Shown here: one piece after another, positions 40,024-64,000 of the stretch
Position numbering within the stretch: the stretch's first letter is position 1
How the letters are laid out: each line of letters begins with the position of its first letter
Source of the DNA: Balanoglossus misakiensis
Taxonomy: Eukaryota > Animalia > Hemichordata
Direction: 5' to 3'
Length of the DNA: 64,000 nt
Assembly (NCBI GenBank): GCA_040954595.2
Contig: CM082584.2
Coordinates: forward strand, 5,832,110-5,896,109
The notes under the pieces: generated by a model
Databases searched by the model: none
What the model saw: only the letters and a program-made list of their open reading frames with translations
Told to the model about the DNA's origin: nothing
Made by a program: the position numbers and the translations under genes

Positions 40024-41108
40024 TATCATCATCATCATCATCATCATCAAAGATTGAAACCTTTTGTTTTTTTACAATCTTGACCACTTGGTTTTCGTGT
40101 TTGATATATCTGTATTCTCATTCATATATAACATTTTTTTTATTTTTTGTTGCATTGCTAGGTTATCGGGCAAGGGCAAGTCGGTTGATGTCCAATATCG
40201 CATCGAATGTCAACAATTACCAGCCAGCGTTCTACCTGCCCACACCACTGAGTGAACGACTGCGCAAACGACGATGTTTTGCCGACAAAGAACTCGACGA
40301 CACAATTTTGCTGGACCGGGAACGGCAAATACGCTTCTTGCAGACGGCTCCGTACTTCATCAGTCCCCAATCGTACCAAGCCGGCTCCTCGCCCTTGTTA
40401 TTGCGGGCTTTACCGAAATGTGGTGGTTACAGCAGTCCCAAGGAGTTCCTGATGCGTACTTTCCCCGAGCAGAGTCCCAGTGTACTGGAGCTGGTTCTGC
40501 AAGGCTGCGGCGGACACTTGGAAAAGGCCATCGAACAGATTGTCAGCACCATGAGACATTCAACGACCACTATGAGCAACTGGCCGATGCTGGCCGGGCA
40601 ACTGTCCTACACCTGGATGAACGATCACTTCCCGTACACCCTCACCCGTTACATAAATAATTCTACAAACGCACAGAAAATTGCCAGTAAAGTCATCGCG
40701 GCGCAGGCTAGAGCGGCGAATCTGGCGTCTCCTTGTTCGAGCGACACACAGCAAGTACAGCTCCTCCGAGAGAAATCGGCGTTTTCAACGCCCGGTAAGA
40801 CGGCGACCGTTGCGTCTCCGGACATGAGCTTCGTTCAAAAAGCCCGCCAAACGCCGACGAACGACGGTCAGAGAAACTGCGTTGACTTAACGAACAGTAG
40901 TGAGGTCGACATTGCGATCGAAAGCGACGGCGAGAGCAGCGACGGCGAAATGGACTATTCGTCAGAGAGCTCCGTCAGTTGCGGTATCGACGACGACGAC
41001 CACAGAATGCAGAGATCAACCGTGAAAAGCAAAGATGGCGGCGAAAGTGGTAACGTGTCGGCTCGAGTTCTTGCATTCTCTGTCGACTCTCTGATCGGAA
41101 AACGATAA
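36901..41108 (+). CDS. DMRT2: Doublesex/mab-3-related transcription factor, DMRT2/Dmrt11E class, about 449 aa
   Basis: Exon 36901-37303 joins exon 40162-41108 across a phase-1 intron in ILE-G|YR. The DM domain [54 protein letters not shown] is DMRT2-type. It also has the DMRT2 motif [14 protein letters not shown], a DMA-like segment [32 protein letters not shown] and a C-terminal eh1-like FSVDSLI. Confidence 0.92.
39866..40048. repeat. (CAT)n/(GAT) microsatellite in the DMRT2 intron
   Basis: Trinucleotide repeat with GAT interruptions. Confidence 0.95.
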
Positions 41109-41165
41109 CTTCACCCAAGAGTCGATATTTTAGACATTATAGATACGGTCAACACTGAGAAGAAA

Positions 41166-41212
41166 GAAACCCCATCTCGTGAAATCGGAGAAAACCCATC
41201 TCGTGAAATCGG
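41166..41212. repeat. Two-copy tandem duplication of AAACCCATCTCGTGAAATCGG in the DMRT2 3'UTR
   Basis: Two adjacent identical 21-mers. Confidence 0.8.
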
Positions 41213-41905
41213 CGCAATATGCGCTGATACGACTATTTTTGTAAACAACTATCATCTGTAAAAGGAGTAATTTCATGGGTGAAATTCAGACCCAGTTGAC
41301 GTTCACTGAGTGATAAGGTGACCGACCGACCAGGCCTTGCGTCTATATCTTCTGACACGCTCATTACTTCTAATTGTGAGTAAGCTACCGGAAGTCCGAT
41401 TACCTGATTTCGGAACTAATGAAATCCACAATTAAGACTCGTTCTGCAAACAGAAAACTTAAACAATTAAGTTACATTTCTATATAATACTTCAATTTAA
41501 CTATCTTCTGTTCTCATTTGAGTTTGCTCGGCGTGGCCCATGCCCATGCCACCATTTAATACGGATTTCATTGAGAGGTCTAATGCAATCTATCCTTGCT
41601 GTGACCTCCGTTGTTGACGTTTGGTGCCAAATCTTGAAATGATTAGGTGAAACCCGAGAGCAAGAGTATTACTTTCTGGTTTGAAATAGCTCCGTGTTAA
41701 CTACTGCATGATACCGCTGTAATAGGCAATAACAAATCCTGCCGAAGCCGGGTCGATTTGTTGTGGGCGCCCAGGGCACAATGGTAATCAGAAACATTGG
41801 AAACGGGCAAAATCAATTGTTGAAGTGTTATCCAACATTACATCTGATTAAATGCGTTATATGTGGAAGTACAGATCATATATAAACATGCATGTTTCTC
41901 GTTAA

Positions 41906-42222
41906 GGTGGCACTCGCCTCGGGGACAGATTTTCAGAAGAGTGATAATCCGCCCAGCATTTGAATTCTTTGCTATTTTAAAGTGTGTGGGGAGTCTTTTT
42001 GGAGACAAAGAAGAAAACCACTGTTTACTGTCTACTGAATATGCTCCACAGAGTTATCACGAGGATAGGCGGCCATTTTGAATTTCAAGTTTGAGGACAT
42101 TTTTGCTCTTTTATTCAAAATTTGAGCAGTAACCCCACTGACTCCCCCAATTTTTATTCTGAAGTTGCCTTGCGCAAAATATGAGAACAAAAGTTTTTAA
42201 AGACTTTGAGGTGTATACTACC
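41906..42222. mobile_element. Non-autonomous DNA transposon (Kolobok-type MITE)
   Basis: TTAA on both sides (41902-41905 and 42223-42226). Imperfect TIRs GGTGGCACTCGCCTC / GAGGTGTATACTACC. A TTAA TSD with RR termini is the Kolobok hallmark. Confidence 0.65.
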
Positions 42223-44217
42223 TTAATATTTCAGGGTAACTGACGTCTATTTCTCGAAATTCAGATATATGAGCACGCATTTCATATACACGGACTAAGT
42301 GATGGTAAGTTTTCATGCGTTTGCCATGGTTACCCATGATAACACTCACCGGAAAAAAACCCAATAGCAATAGTCTTTGTCAGATAAAAAAAATCCTCGA
42401 AATTTGCCTCGATCTAAAAATGTTAGTTTTCTCCTTTTTGAAGAAAACATCAGACTAGATTTGCTCGAGTCCATTTTGGTGTGTGAATGATGGGTAAGAT
42501 GTATTGCAGAAGATATGTACTATGTGACGATGCGTGTCACGTGACACTGTACGTCTTCTTAGCTCGTCGCAGCACTTTAATGCGAGTCGGAAATCGTGTA
42601 GTTACTGTCTCAGTATGAGATATGCCATGACCCTTGACCCATACCCCCTTTCTGCTGAGAACGAGACGGAAGATTTCCATTTCAAGAAGAGGAACCCGCG
42701 TCGATTTATTTCAATAAATTGATAATCACCCCTTTCATAAATAGTACCACAGATCGCCACGTGTTTGGTGTGGTCTGCATGTTGAAAGTACTTCAAAACC
42801 AGGCAATATTTTGCTCCAAACGTATTATATATAGAAAGGTGTGTTTATCGTCTGCCGGGTTATCGTTTTCCATTGCCGTGGTATGTAAAGAAGGGTTATT
42901 TTTATGAAACACGTACTTAAGAAATATTAATATCCAAATAGAAATACTAAAAGGTCTGATGATATAACCCGATACTCACAGTAAATTAAACGCCTCTTTA
43001 AAAGCTATTAGACCAGGGTACCTTGCCTTCAATTTATAGATATGTCAAGAAATGTCAGAATTGTAGTTACGAATACTGGCATAACAATATCAATTTTAGC
43101 TCGCCATCATTTTGCCGTTTACTTGTGTTGTAAAATATGCGATACCCTTTTTCTGCATATTTTGTTTTTTCTTTGTAATTTACAGTGTTAGTACATTTTA
43201 TCAGTGAAATTTCATGTTCCCCCATCTCTTAGCTTGCGTCGAAATTAAAGAGGAAAGACCCGCCTATAAATATATAGTTTTTCGCAAGCAACTGCATGCA
43301 TAAATTTCAGGCAACGGAACCTTGTAATTTAATTGGCTACAAGTAAATAAAGCAATTTTAGATAAAAAATAAATATGTACTGTCATTCATTAGATTGTCT
43401 TTTACGTACAGATAAAACGTATAAGGGTATAAATGACTATCTGCGGGGATAAACGTGTCCAATAGCTGAAAAACCCAGCCAGTGCTGAGAGAAACTGGGG
43501 AATTGAATTGAATTGTCGGAATGAGTTTTGGCCAAACCATGATGCATACACGCAACGGTCGATAGTTAGTTGGCAATCGTGGAAATTGATAGCATGCAAG
43601 AGGTGTGTCGGTGAGGGCGGTACACTGAGTGGGGACGGAGGGACGGCAGGCAGAGGACAGAATTGATGATGAGGTGAGCGACATTGATGGTAAGTTTCGT
43701 GGTCAGTTGACTTGAATTTTCCATTTATTTAATTTACAAATCCGTTCATTGTACTGGTGTCCTACTTTGCAACAACTTGAAAGCAGAATGCACATGGAAA
43801 ACAAAGTTGTTATGATATTCTTACCATATGAATCATATGAATATGGAAATCAATTTAGAGTAGACCACTACCTTTAAAAAGAGTTCATTTCAGTTGATGA
43901 ATGTCAGTTCTGTTCGTTGGTGGCGCTCGACTGACTGTATGGAACATTCTGTTATTCTCGTGATTCAAACACAAGGTGGATTTCTCATTCTACGATGTAG
44001 GTAGCCATTCGCAATCTGTATCATTTTGTACAATGCTGTCTTAATGGCGAAATTTGTTTTGGGCCGTCAAATTTTAACGATGCAAATGCGGCACACAAAC
44101 TGTTTTACTTTGAAGACGAGAACTTCAGGGAAAGGAAAGCCAGTACAACAAATTAGAAAAGTTGAAATCCTTACGAGTTTTATTCTTGATTTAATAGTGT
44201 TCTTCTTATAAAGATCT

Positions 44218-44233
44218 ACCCCAGAGGGCGCTG
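44218..44233 (+). promoter_or_regulatory. CTCF-like motif ACCCCAGAGGGCGCTG between the convergent Dmrt genes
   Basis: The core AGAGGGCGC is intact, with two 5' mismatches to CCASYAGRKGGCRS. Confidence 0.35.
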
Positions 44234-44747
44234 TTGAACTGGCGGCCCAGGTTTTAAAGTCTCGGAATAAAGTTTACATCTGTTCCTTTCGGCACCTAAG
44301 ACTCGACCTCTGAGAAAATAAGCACCAATTCCCCAACCCATGTTTTCTATAAAAACAAATATGGCGTGGTAGTTTGTCTTGGACTTATTACGACACCTAC
44401 CTTTCAAAACTATTTTTTGCTCAGTCGTGCAGTCAGGATTTTAAAAAGTGAACGGGGTTCGACGTAAAAAACTTATATTGTCTTTAAGAAATTGTACAGT
44501 AACATCCACCTGCCATATTTTAAAGCTTAAATTGGCTAAATTCTTCATTTTAATCGTTAAGTAGTACAATTGTATGTTATTACCGTTGCTTGGATTCTAT
44601 ACAAATATCAAAATTTAATCTAAAATTTACATATATTAGGTTTGTCACAAATAAAAAATATAAAACATGTATTTTGATTGATGTATTGTTTTCCAGTAAT
44701 TCAGTGGATGAAACGAAGACTTACTTGCTTTCTTTCCAAAAATTTTA

Positions 44748-45051
44748 GTCGAGTTCTCCATATATATAAAAGTCATTTAAATGCCAACAAATAGAAAGCA
44801 ACTCAAGGCACATTAATCTGACACCACCGTTCATGTACATGTACATGTAAACCCAGCGAAGAAGCCAAGCTTTGTAGTAATCAGAAAGCTATACAAGTGT
44901 AACGATTTTTGGTCGCCGATTGCATTGTGTAACTTCTACAAATAAAGCATCCTTGCAATTGTAAACGATTTTTTGACATTCGGCTTGCATCATCAGCACA
45001 ACCCTGTTACTGCAAGCATTCAGTAACTTTTATATATATGGAGAACTCGAC
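44748..45051. mobile_element. MITE-like element with 26 bp perfect terminal inverted repeats
   Basis: GTCGAGTTCTCCATATATATAAAAGT at 44748 and its exact reverse complement ending at 45051; imperfect pairing continues inward. No clear TSD. Confidence 0.7.
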
Positions 45052-45509
45052 GTTTGTATGATAATAACTTTGATATCAAATTTGAAAATAAACATCCAAC
45101 TAATCCGATAACCGTCATTAAGTTTTTTGAAAATTCACATCCCTGGTCAATATTATTCTTCGTGTTCTTCATTCGGTTAAAATTCAACTATTTCGAACCC
45201 GTTGATGTTCAACACTAAATAATAAAATTATACGCTTTTATTGTTAAAGTATAGTACTATACTTCCGTGGTATCTAGAGCTATTGGATAATACGCCGCCG
45301 GCATTATACCTTCAAACATACAAAGTGAATTCCATTAAAAAAATAACACATCGAAATTGTTTGTAGCTAGACCACGGTCATAAACAATATACAGTAAACT
45401 CGACTTTGATGTCAAACATCATACGGGTTATCTTGCTAGCATTGCTAGCTTGCTTTACAAAATTAACGAGTACTGAATAATAAGCAAAGATTTATATTTA
45501 AGACAGCTG

Positions 45510-57650
<12,141 letters not shown>

Positions 57651-60600
57651 CTACTCGACAACTAACACATTATATTGTATGTTTGTATACCTAAAAGCCT
57701 GCGATAATACAGGACTGTTTGAAGTCACTCTGGGCGAAACCTTTTGTAGACAGGTCAAATATTTGACACGAGTTACTGGTTCTGTTTGCGCATCATTTCC
57801 TTCGCCAGTTATATATGCAATTTGACAATGGCATAACTAACAGTAGTCAAAATTAGTTAATAACATATATCTACGTCACGGTCATTCGGAAAGTAAAATA
57901 TCATTTCCTAAAAATCAAACTTTGGAATCTTCGATGTCTTGATCACCAAAGGGGAACCACACCCCCGAAAAAAATGGTCCCGCCCTATAGAGTTAGACAT
58001 CCCTATTTCGACGACGGGTGAAGCGGTGATTGTATGAATTGAAAATAGGCAGATGGGTAGACTTGAAAACATGAAAGTGCCTCCTTTGTTTCTATCTCTC
58101 CACCACTCAATCGGTTACAACTGGAAATCCCGAAATCCTTGAGTAGACGGATAAATGGACCCCATACCATGCCAAACACCCAAAATACAATTTGTAGCCT
58201 TGCTTTAGTAGTTTTTAAGGGCAAACTTGCGGCCAGGCCTGTTACAAATACATCGATCGATACATAAGCTTACAACTTGGTATTGGTCATTTCACCGAAT
58301 GGGGGAACGAATGTACGTCGGTTAGGTCTTACCTATAGATAACCTGATAAGTTGCGAAATGAAATTGTTTCATGAACTGTTTTTTTTTTTGCAGGTTACC
58401 GCCAGTCTACGCGTATGCCTTTCCTTCTTGGCTGCTCCAATGGAGCCGATATGCTCCCCGAATATTTTCAAAACTTCTATCCCTTGCAAAAGGACATATT
58501 ACTAGCAAGCTAACTTGTGACTTACATCAGGACAAGACTGAAACAAAGTTTGGACCAGTCTGTGTTTATCAAAACTATTCGTCAGACGAATACACCGTGA
58601 AGGTACAGAACACCTCAACAGGCAGACCGGCGCACCATTAAAACAAGAGACGCGCGCAAACAAATGACAATATGGTCATCAAAGCTTTTAGTATCGAGAT
58701 ATTTACGATCTTACTTTGAAATGCAGGTGTGAAAAAAAACAAGTCCTATTTATGGGCGGGGAAAGGATAGCTGAAGGCAGATAATACGTACAATGGTTTC
58801 TTAGTTGTAGGCTGGTTACACACCCAAACTTGCATTGTTGAGTCAATCCAATTAATCGTATTATGCTCCCCCGAGGTGGAGATTTTTTCAAACAGAAAAC
58901 ATAAAAACATCATTCACGCTCTCAGCCTGAAGAATACAAAGATATTAAGCGGAAAGTTTGTTTTCCGTGCGATAAAATGGCAGGGTCAACGCTTGCTGCA
59001 AACGGGGGAATTGTGGGAACGTTTTACCTTCGAGTTGTCAATTCCACCCATCCGTGATTAAATTGTCGCCATGGTTCAACATTGTCATCAAACAAAATCA
59101 CGATAACATTTGCACAACGTCCTGTCACTTGTTTACTGCACTTTCAATAGCAATTGTTGGCTCCTGACATTTAAAAAATCTAGTGTTCTTGGAGTAACCA
59201 CCGGATTGACGTGTATAATCTGCGTATAAATATGAGTGTGCTATAAATGCCCGCGGAAGCGTCTTGTTGGTTGATCACAAAATTGAATAAAGTTGTTTAA
59301 CACACAGTCTACTGGTGGAAAACGGGACAAGAGATAGATTTCTGTCTAATTGTACTTAATCGTCACTTATTTTGTCGTGCGTGCATTCATATAGTCCAAA
59401 GCTATCGTCACTGCCGGGGCAGTGGTTATTTTTTCACTTTCCTGATGAAAACAATAATAACGTAGTCACCCCAAACTTTCAAGTTGAGAAGACAGCCACG
59501 CACGGCCCTGGAGTGTCTCTGACAACTCGTGGGCGTCCGCGCGCCCACGCGTCTGCGTGTGGTTAGTGTGGAAGCGTCAAGTGTGATGGGATGTTTGTGA
59601 ACTTGTTTCTTCCCACTCATTTCTACTTTTGTCGTTTTTATGACATACTGCATATATATAGCTTGGACAAACATCAATCTAACTGTCTAGTAAAATATTG
59701 GCACATTCAGAGGATTGAAGTCGACAGGCCGCAAAGTGGCGCCCCAAGTTGAAGAATCTGACGAGCCAATATGCGCCCTCAACGACACAATCGAATACTC
59801 CCGGTATTTGTTTATGACCGTGACGCGTTTCTAACTATCCATGATCAAAATTATGTCACTCATCACCTCAAAATTTGTTGAAGTCATAACAAAAACATAC
59901 GCGAACCTTAAGTTCATGGAGTTTTCCATTTGGTTCACAGCTCACACAGCTGCAACAAGTGGACAATTTCCCTACATGCTTTGAGGTGTCCAAGCACTGT
60001 CCCATGCATATCCTTTTATCATATACGCCCGCATAAAAAAATAGTTCCTCCGACTTGTGGATTATTAGAAACGTTTACAAATCTTTTAATACGTAAATAT
60101 TGCAACTTTGCATTTTTGCTTGCTTACAAAATATATTAATTTCTTTTGGGTTGTGTGTCAATTGCTCGCATATTTTAGAAAAGTTAAGCGTAGTAATATG
60201 AAAACCGTGATAGTAATAGTGAAGCGGCCGTCCATGTGCGGCAAGCATTGAAAATTCAACGGATGCATTACAATTCCTAGCACTGGCTTTCACGGTGTAC
60301 CCTGCCGACTCGACCAGCCGTCCTCGATGATCTCATACTCATCATGTCGACCTTTCAATAAACTGCAGGTTTAGAAGATTTGTACAATTTGTAATATGCT
60401 GAAACGTTTGCCCACTAAACAGTATCGTACCTGCAGGCAATAAATTAAAGTTAAATGATCACATCGACAGCGAAGAATTAATTGACACACAAGTTTCCTT
60501 GGTACATGTTCTTTATTGCAAATATTTTGACTTGGGACAGAACTTTTCTACCAAGGTGAGAGACCTATATCTACTTAACTACAGACGGTGACAACTGAAA

Positions 60601-60791
60601 AAAGGCAAAACGTACAAAACTCATATAAATCAAAATTACAATAAACATCAGGAGTGGGTGGGTTGGGCAAATGCCTTGTCTGCTAAGCTACACGCAGTAT
60701 GTTGTGGCTTGTGACGTACTTTACGTCTGGGGTGGATTTATGAACAAGGTTCTGGGGGATGGCAGGGGAAATTACAGGAGCGGGACGCAGC

Positions 60792-63700
60792 TGTACAACC
60801 TTTAAACAGCTTTATTGAAGGTCACTCAAGAAGAAGTGATTACACAAGCACAAAACGCCAGCCAAAAAGTAGCAAATTTTGTTTTGGTGGGAAAGATATG
60901 TCATTGGGTGATTAACTAGGCCTCTGATTGGGCTAAAATACTCAGCTCTGATTGGCTCAAAGTATCCGAGCTGTGATCCTCAGAATGACTCATGGTCAGA
61001 GTTTTTAGCATCTCCGATATTCTCCCGGGCCGCGAAAGTTAACAAGAAATCAAGAATAAACTAGAAAACTCTGAAATACATGCAAACTAGAAAAATCAGA
61101 TTGTCTATTGTTCGATTGTCATTGAAACACAGACAATGTCAATGTCCACTTCATGTCGATACGGAGCGCGAGTTCACTTCCAGCGGGAAGAGTTTGCTCA
61201 CTGGCCTTGTGGTGTGTCCCTTGGCGGTTCTGATTTCCGCTGATCGGACTAGGTTGTCGCGTCCGTAGTTCAATCGTTCCACCGTAGCCAAGGTCCATTC
61301 CAGGCGTCGTTTGATGTCTTCATGTACAAGGACCACGTCCCCAACCTGTATCTTGTTGCCGGGACTCCCTATTGGCGAGTGGTTTTCACGTAGCGCGGGC
61401 AAATATTCCGATACCCATCGTCGCCAAAATCGCGTCTGGAGCGTAGTCATCAGAGTGTAGCGCTTGTTTAGATCGCTATGGTTACCGTAGGTCGGGTCGG
61501 TGAGTTCATCGTCTTCGACGGTGAGATATGGTACCGTTGTCAAGGGGCGTCCGTGTAATAAATGAGCGGGCGTCAACGGCACGGCGTCTTCAGCATCCGA
61601 AGAAACATATGTGATCGGTCGGTCGTTTATTACGGCCTCAACTTCGGTCAGCAAGGTATACAGTTCATTGAATGTCACGTAGGCGCGTCCTAAGACCTTC
61701 TTTATTGTGGTCTTAGTTATTCCGATTAGCCGTTCCCAGAATCCCCCGAACCAAGGGGCTCGTTTCGGGATGAAGTTCCACTGGCAGCGTCTGTTGGCGA
61801 GATGAGCCTTCACTTCGGGCGCGTCGAATAAACGGCGTAGTTCGGCGGCCGCGGACACGAAGTTAGACGCGTTATCTGATATCATTTTGCTCGGTAGCGA
61901 GCGTCTTGCAGCGAAACGGCGGAATGCTTGTAGAAAGCTATTCGCGGACAAGTCGTCAACAAGTTCCAAATGCACGGCGCGTGTAACAGCGCAGGTGAAC
62001 AGGCAGACATACACCTTTTTCTCTCGTACAGGTTTGGGCGATTTGATGTACAACGCTCCGGTGAAGTCAACTCCGGTTACGTTGAAAGGCGGGGCTGTTT
62101 TCACACGATCTGCTTGTAGCGGTGCTTGTCTTGGGTAGCTGTAGGCGTGCCCGTTGATTTTGCGGCATGTGACACACTTACTCAGTAGAGCTCTCACGGT
62201 ACGGCGTATTCTCGGTATCCAGAATTTCTGCCGTAAATGAGCTACAGTCGATTGTACTCCGGCGTGAAGTAAACGCGAATGCGCGTCGCGAATGACGAGT
62301 TCCGTGAATCGATGGTTTCGCGGTAGCAGAATTGGGAATTTGGCGTCGAAGCCAATTGGCGCGTTATGTAGTCTGCTATCACATCTTGTGATGTCTCTGT
62401 CATCGGTGAAAAGTTTCAGCGGCTTCGTCAGAGCGGCTCGTTGTCCTGTTTCGCCGAAAGTCTGTTTTTGGGTGTCCTTGATCCATGTGTTTTCGGCATG
62501 TTGTATTTCCTCAGCTGTGAGGGGACCGAATTTCCGAGTGCTGTTCCGTTTTATGTTCGAAACGAATCGTAGCACTTGTGCGGTGACACGGAGAAGTTTG
62601 TTCAACGTGCTGAACCGATTCGCGTCAATCACTTGTTGTATTCCGGTTGTCTGGGGTTTAGCGGTCAAACAGTCCGCGAGTTTTTCATCTTGAAGTCTCG
62701 TCTCGAGGGGGTTACTCGCGGGGAGAAGTTCCGATTCATTCACCGTCGATACCGGTGCGTGGTGAATCGCGCTGTCGAACACTTCACTTATAGGCCAGTC
62801 GCCTTGTTTCAGCCAAGGTGGGCCGTTCCACCAAAGGCCAGACTCACGTAGATTAGCGATAGAAATCCCGCGGGTCAGCAAATCTGCCGGATTGTCTCCC
62901 GTGGGACAGTATTTCGCTGTGCAGGAAATCGCGTTTATTTCTCTTACACGATTGGCAACGAAGATCGGAAGTTTCTTGTCGCTGTTCAACCAATGTAGGA
63001 CTATTTGACTATCAGACCACAGAATTTTCTCTGTGATGCGGATTTTGCCTTGTAGGGAGTTTGAGACGAATTGCAACAGCCTTGCACCGATCAAGGCGGC
63101 CATCAGTTCGAGGCGCGGGAGAGTGAACTCTTTGAGAGGTGCCACGCGATTCTTTGCCATGACAACCGCGGTTTGATTGGCATGTCGTAAGTAGGCGACG
63201 GCTCCATAGGCCTTCATGCTGGAGTCGGCGAACACGTGGAGCTCATAGTTTTGATTGACAGGCGAGTTGTCAAAATATCGGCGATTGAGTTTCAACGTGG
63301 TCGTTTCGCGTATTTCTCTTGCGATGTCTGTCCACTGTTTATTGAGTTCGTTTTCTAGCGGTTCGTCCCAGGCGAGACCTTTTATCCACAGTTGCTGTAT
63401 AAACAGTTTCGCCTTAATGAGAACTGGCGAAAGATACCCCAGAGGGTCGTATAAGCTGGCAGTGGTTCGAACCACTTCACGTTTCGTAGTGAGATTGTCC
63501 GGTGTTTGGAGATTCTTCTTCGCGTAGGCGAGTTCGTCGGTTTCGGTTAACCAGCGAAGTCCTAGTGTGTTCACGTCAGTAGCGCGTTCGAGTTTATCAT
63601 CCTTTGCAGCAAGTGCGCGAACATCTTCACAGTTACTCGACCAACTTCGTAGATTGAATCCGCAAGATTCTAACAGACGGTTTGACTCTCTGTAGTAGCC

Positions 63701-64000
63701 AACTGCTTCGCTCGGGCTGTCAGCTCCGCTGAGTATGTTGTCAACGTAGATATTATTTTTGAGATCGATGGAAGTTGGCGTGGATTGAGCGGACTCGAGA
63801 TGGGTTTTCACGACTGCGTTTAAAATGAATGGCGAGCAAACTGCGCCGAATAGAACTACTTTGAAGCGATATGTTTTGAAGTCGCTTTCCGGGTCTGTCG
63901 GATCAGACAACCACAAAAACTTCGTAAATTGACGATCGCTTTCGTCAAGTCGGACATGCAGAAAAGCCTTTTCTATGTCACTCGTAAGGGCAAAGCGGTT
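60792..64000 (-). mobile_element. BEL/Pao LTR retrotransposon, 3' portion (pol plus putative 3' LTR); continues beyond the right edge
   Basis: The pol ORF is followed by a purine-rich PPT-like GGCCCGGGAGAA at about 61031-61020. A putative LTR at 61019-60792 has CCAAT boxes, AATAAA (60816-60811) and a terminal …TACA. An alternative LTR end near 60507 is possible. Confidence 0.88.
61151..64000 (-). CDS. BEL/Pao Pol polyprotein: RT, Pao RNase H, integrase, DUF5641-like C-terminus (5' truncated by the window)
   Basis: Uninterrupted ORF of more than 921 aa. RT: VLFGAVCSPF, YVDN. RNase H: FADSS, LPRLEL, WSDSQIVLHW, NPADLLTRG. Integrase: zinc finger H..H..CVTC and DDE residues in VDFTG, SDNAS, WERL. 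C-terminal FWRRWVSEYL and GDVVLV. Confidence 0.93.
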   Translation of the reverse strand, partial: NRFALTSDIEKAFLHVRLDESDRQFTKFLWLSDPTDPESDFKTYRFKVVLFGAVCSPFILNAVVKTHLESAQSTPTSIDLKNNIYVDNILSGADSPSEAVGYYRESNRLLESCGFNLRSWSSNCEDVRALAAKDDKLERATDVNTLGLRWLTETDELAYAKKNLQTPDNLTTKREVVRTTASLYDPLGYLSPVLIKAKLFIQQLWIKGLAWDEPLENELNKQWTDIAREIRETTTLKLNRRYFDNSPVNQNYELHVFADSSMKAYGAVAYLRHANQTAVVMAKNRVAPLKEFTLPRLELMAALIGARLLQFVSNSLQGKIRITEKILWSDSQIVLHWLNSDKKLPIFVANRVREINAISCTAKYCPTGDNPADLLTRGISIANLRESGLWWNGPPWLKQGDWPISEVFDSAIHHAPVSTVNESELLPASNPLETRLQDEKLADCLTAKPQTTGIQQVIDANRFSTLNKLLRVTAQVLRFVSNIKRNSTRKFGPLTAEEIQHAENTWIKDTQKQTFGETGQRAALTKPLKLFTDDRDITRCDSRLHNAPIGFDAKFPILLPRNHRFTELVIRDAHSRLLHAGVQSTVAHLRQKFWIPRIRRTVRALLSKCVTCRKINGHAYSYPRQAPLQADRVKTAPPFNVTGVDFTGALYIKSPKPVREKKVYVCLFTCAVTRAVHLELVDDLSANSFLQAFRRFAARRSLPSKMISDNASNFVSAAAELRRLFDAPEVKAHLANRRCQWNFIPKRAPWFGGFWERLIGITKTTIKKVLGRAYVTFNELYTLLTEVEAVINDRPITYVSSDAEDAVPLTPAHLLHGRPLTTVPYLTVEDDELTDPTYGNHSDLNKRYTLMTTLQTRFWRRWVSEYLPALRENHSPIGSPGNKIQVGDVVLVHEDIKRRLEWTLATVERLNYGRDNLVRSAEIRTAKGHTTRPVSKLFPLEVNSRSVST

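Noticed and set aside
39821-40087. Poly-Asp/His/Met/Ile ORFs (also the poly-His ORF at 15290-15505)
   Set aside because: These are translations of intronic (CAT)n microsatellites with no splice support.

Overview
Intron-rich, AT-rich animal genomic DNA. The gene content suggests a non-vertebrate deuterostome-like marine invertebrate, but the species cannot be determined from the sequence. Left 17 kb: a head-to-head pair of paralogous genes, each encoding an N-terminal helical module, a mitofusin/bacterial-dynamin-like GTPase, a helical stalk with a hydrophobic segment and a C-terminal protein-kinase fold (DSTYK/RIPK5-like architecture). The minus-strand copy has an intact HRD-type kinase where visible and runs off the left edge. 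The plus-strand copy (about 1008 aa) is a pseudokinase and carries three identical tRNA-Glu(TTC) genes in its introns. Next come the divergent housekeeping pair RPS28/NDUFA7, about 14 kb of non-coding DNA, convergent Dmrt2-like and Dmrt3-like genes, and the 3' part of a BEL/Pao LTR retrotransposon at the right edge. There are also several microsatellites and MITE-like elements. All exon models were assembled by eye from GT/AG sites and frame continuity. The best candidate for an undescribed system is the divergent GTPase-kinase / GTPase-pseudokinase pair.
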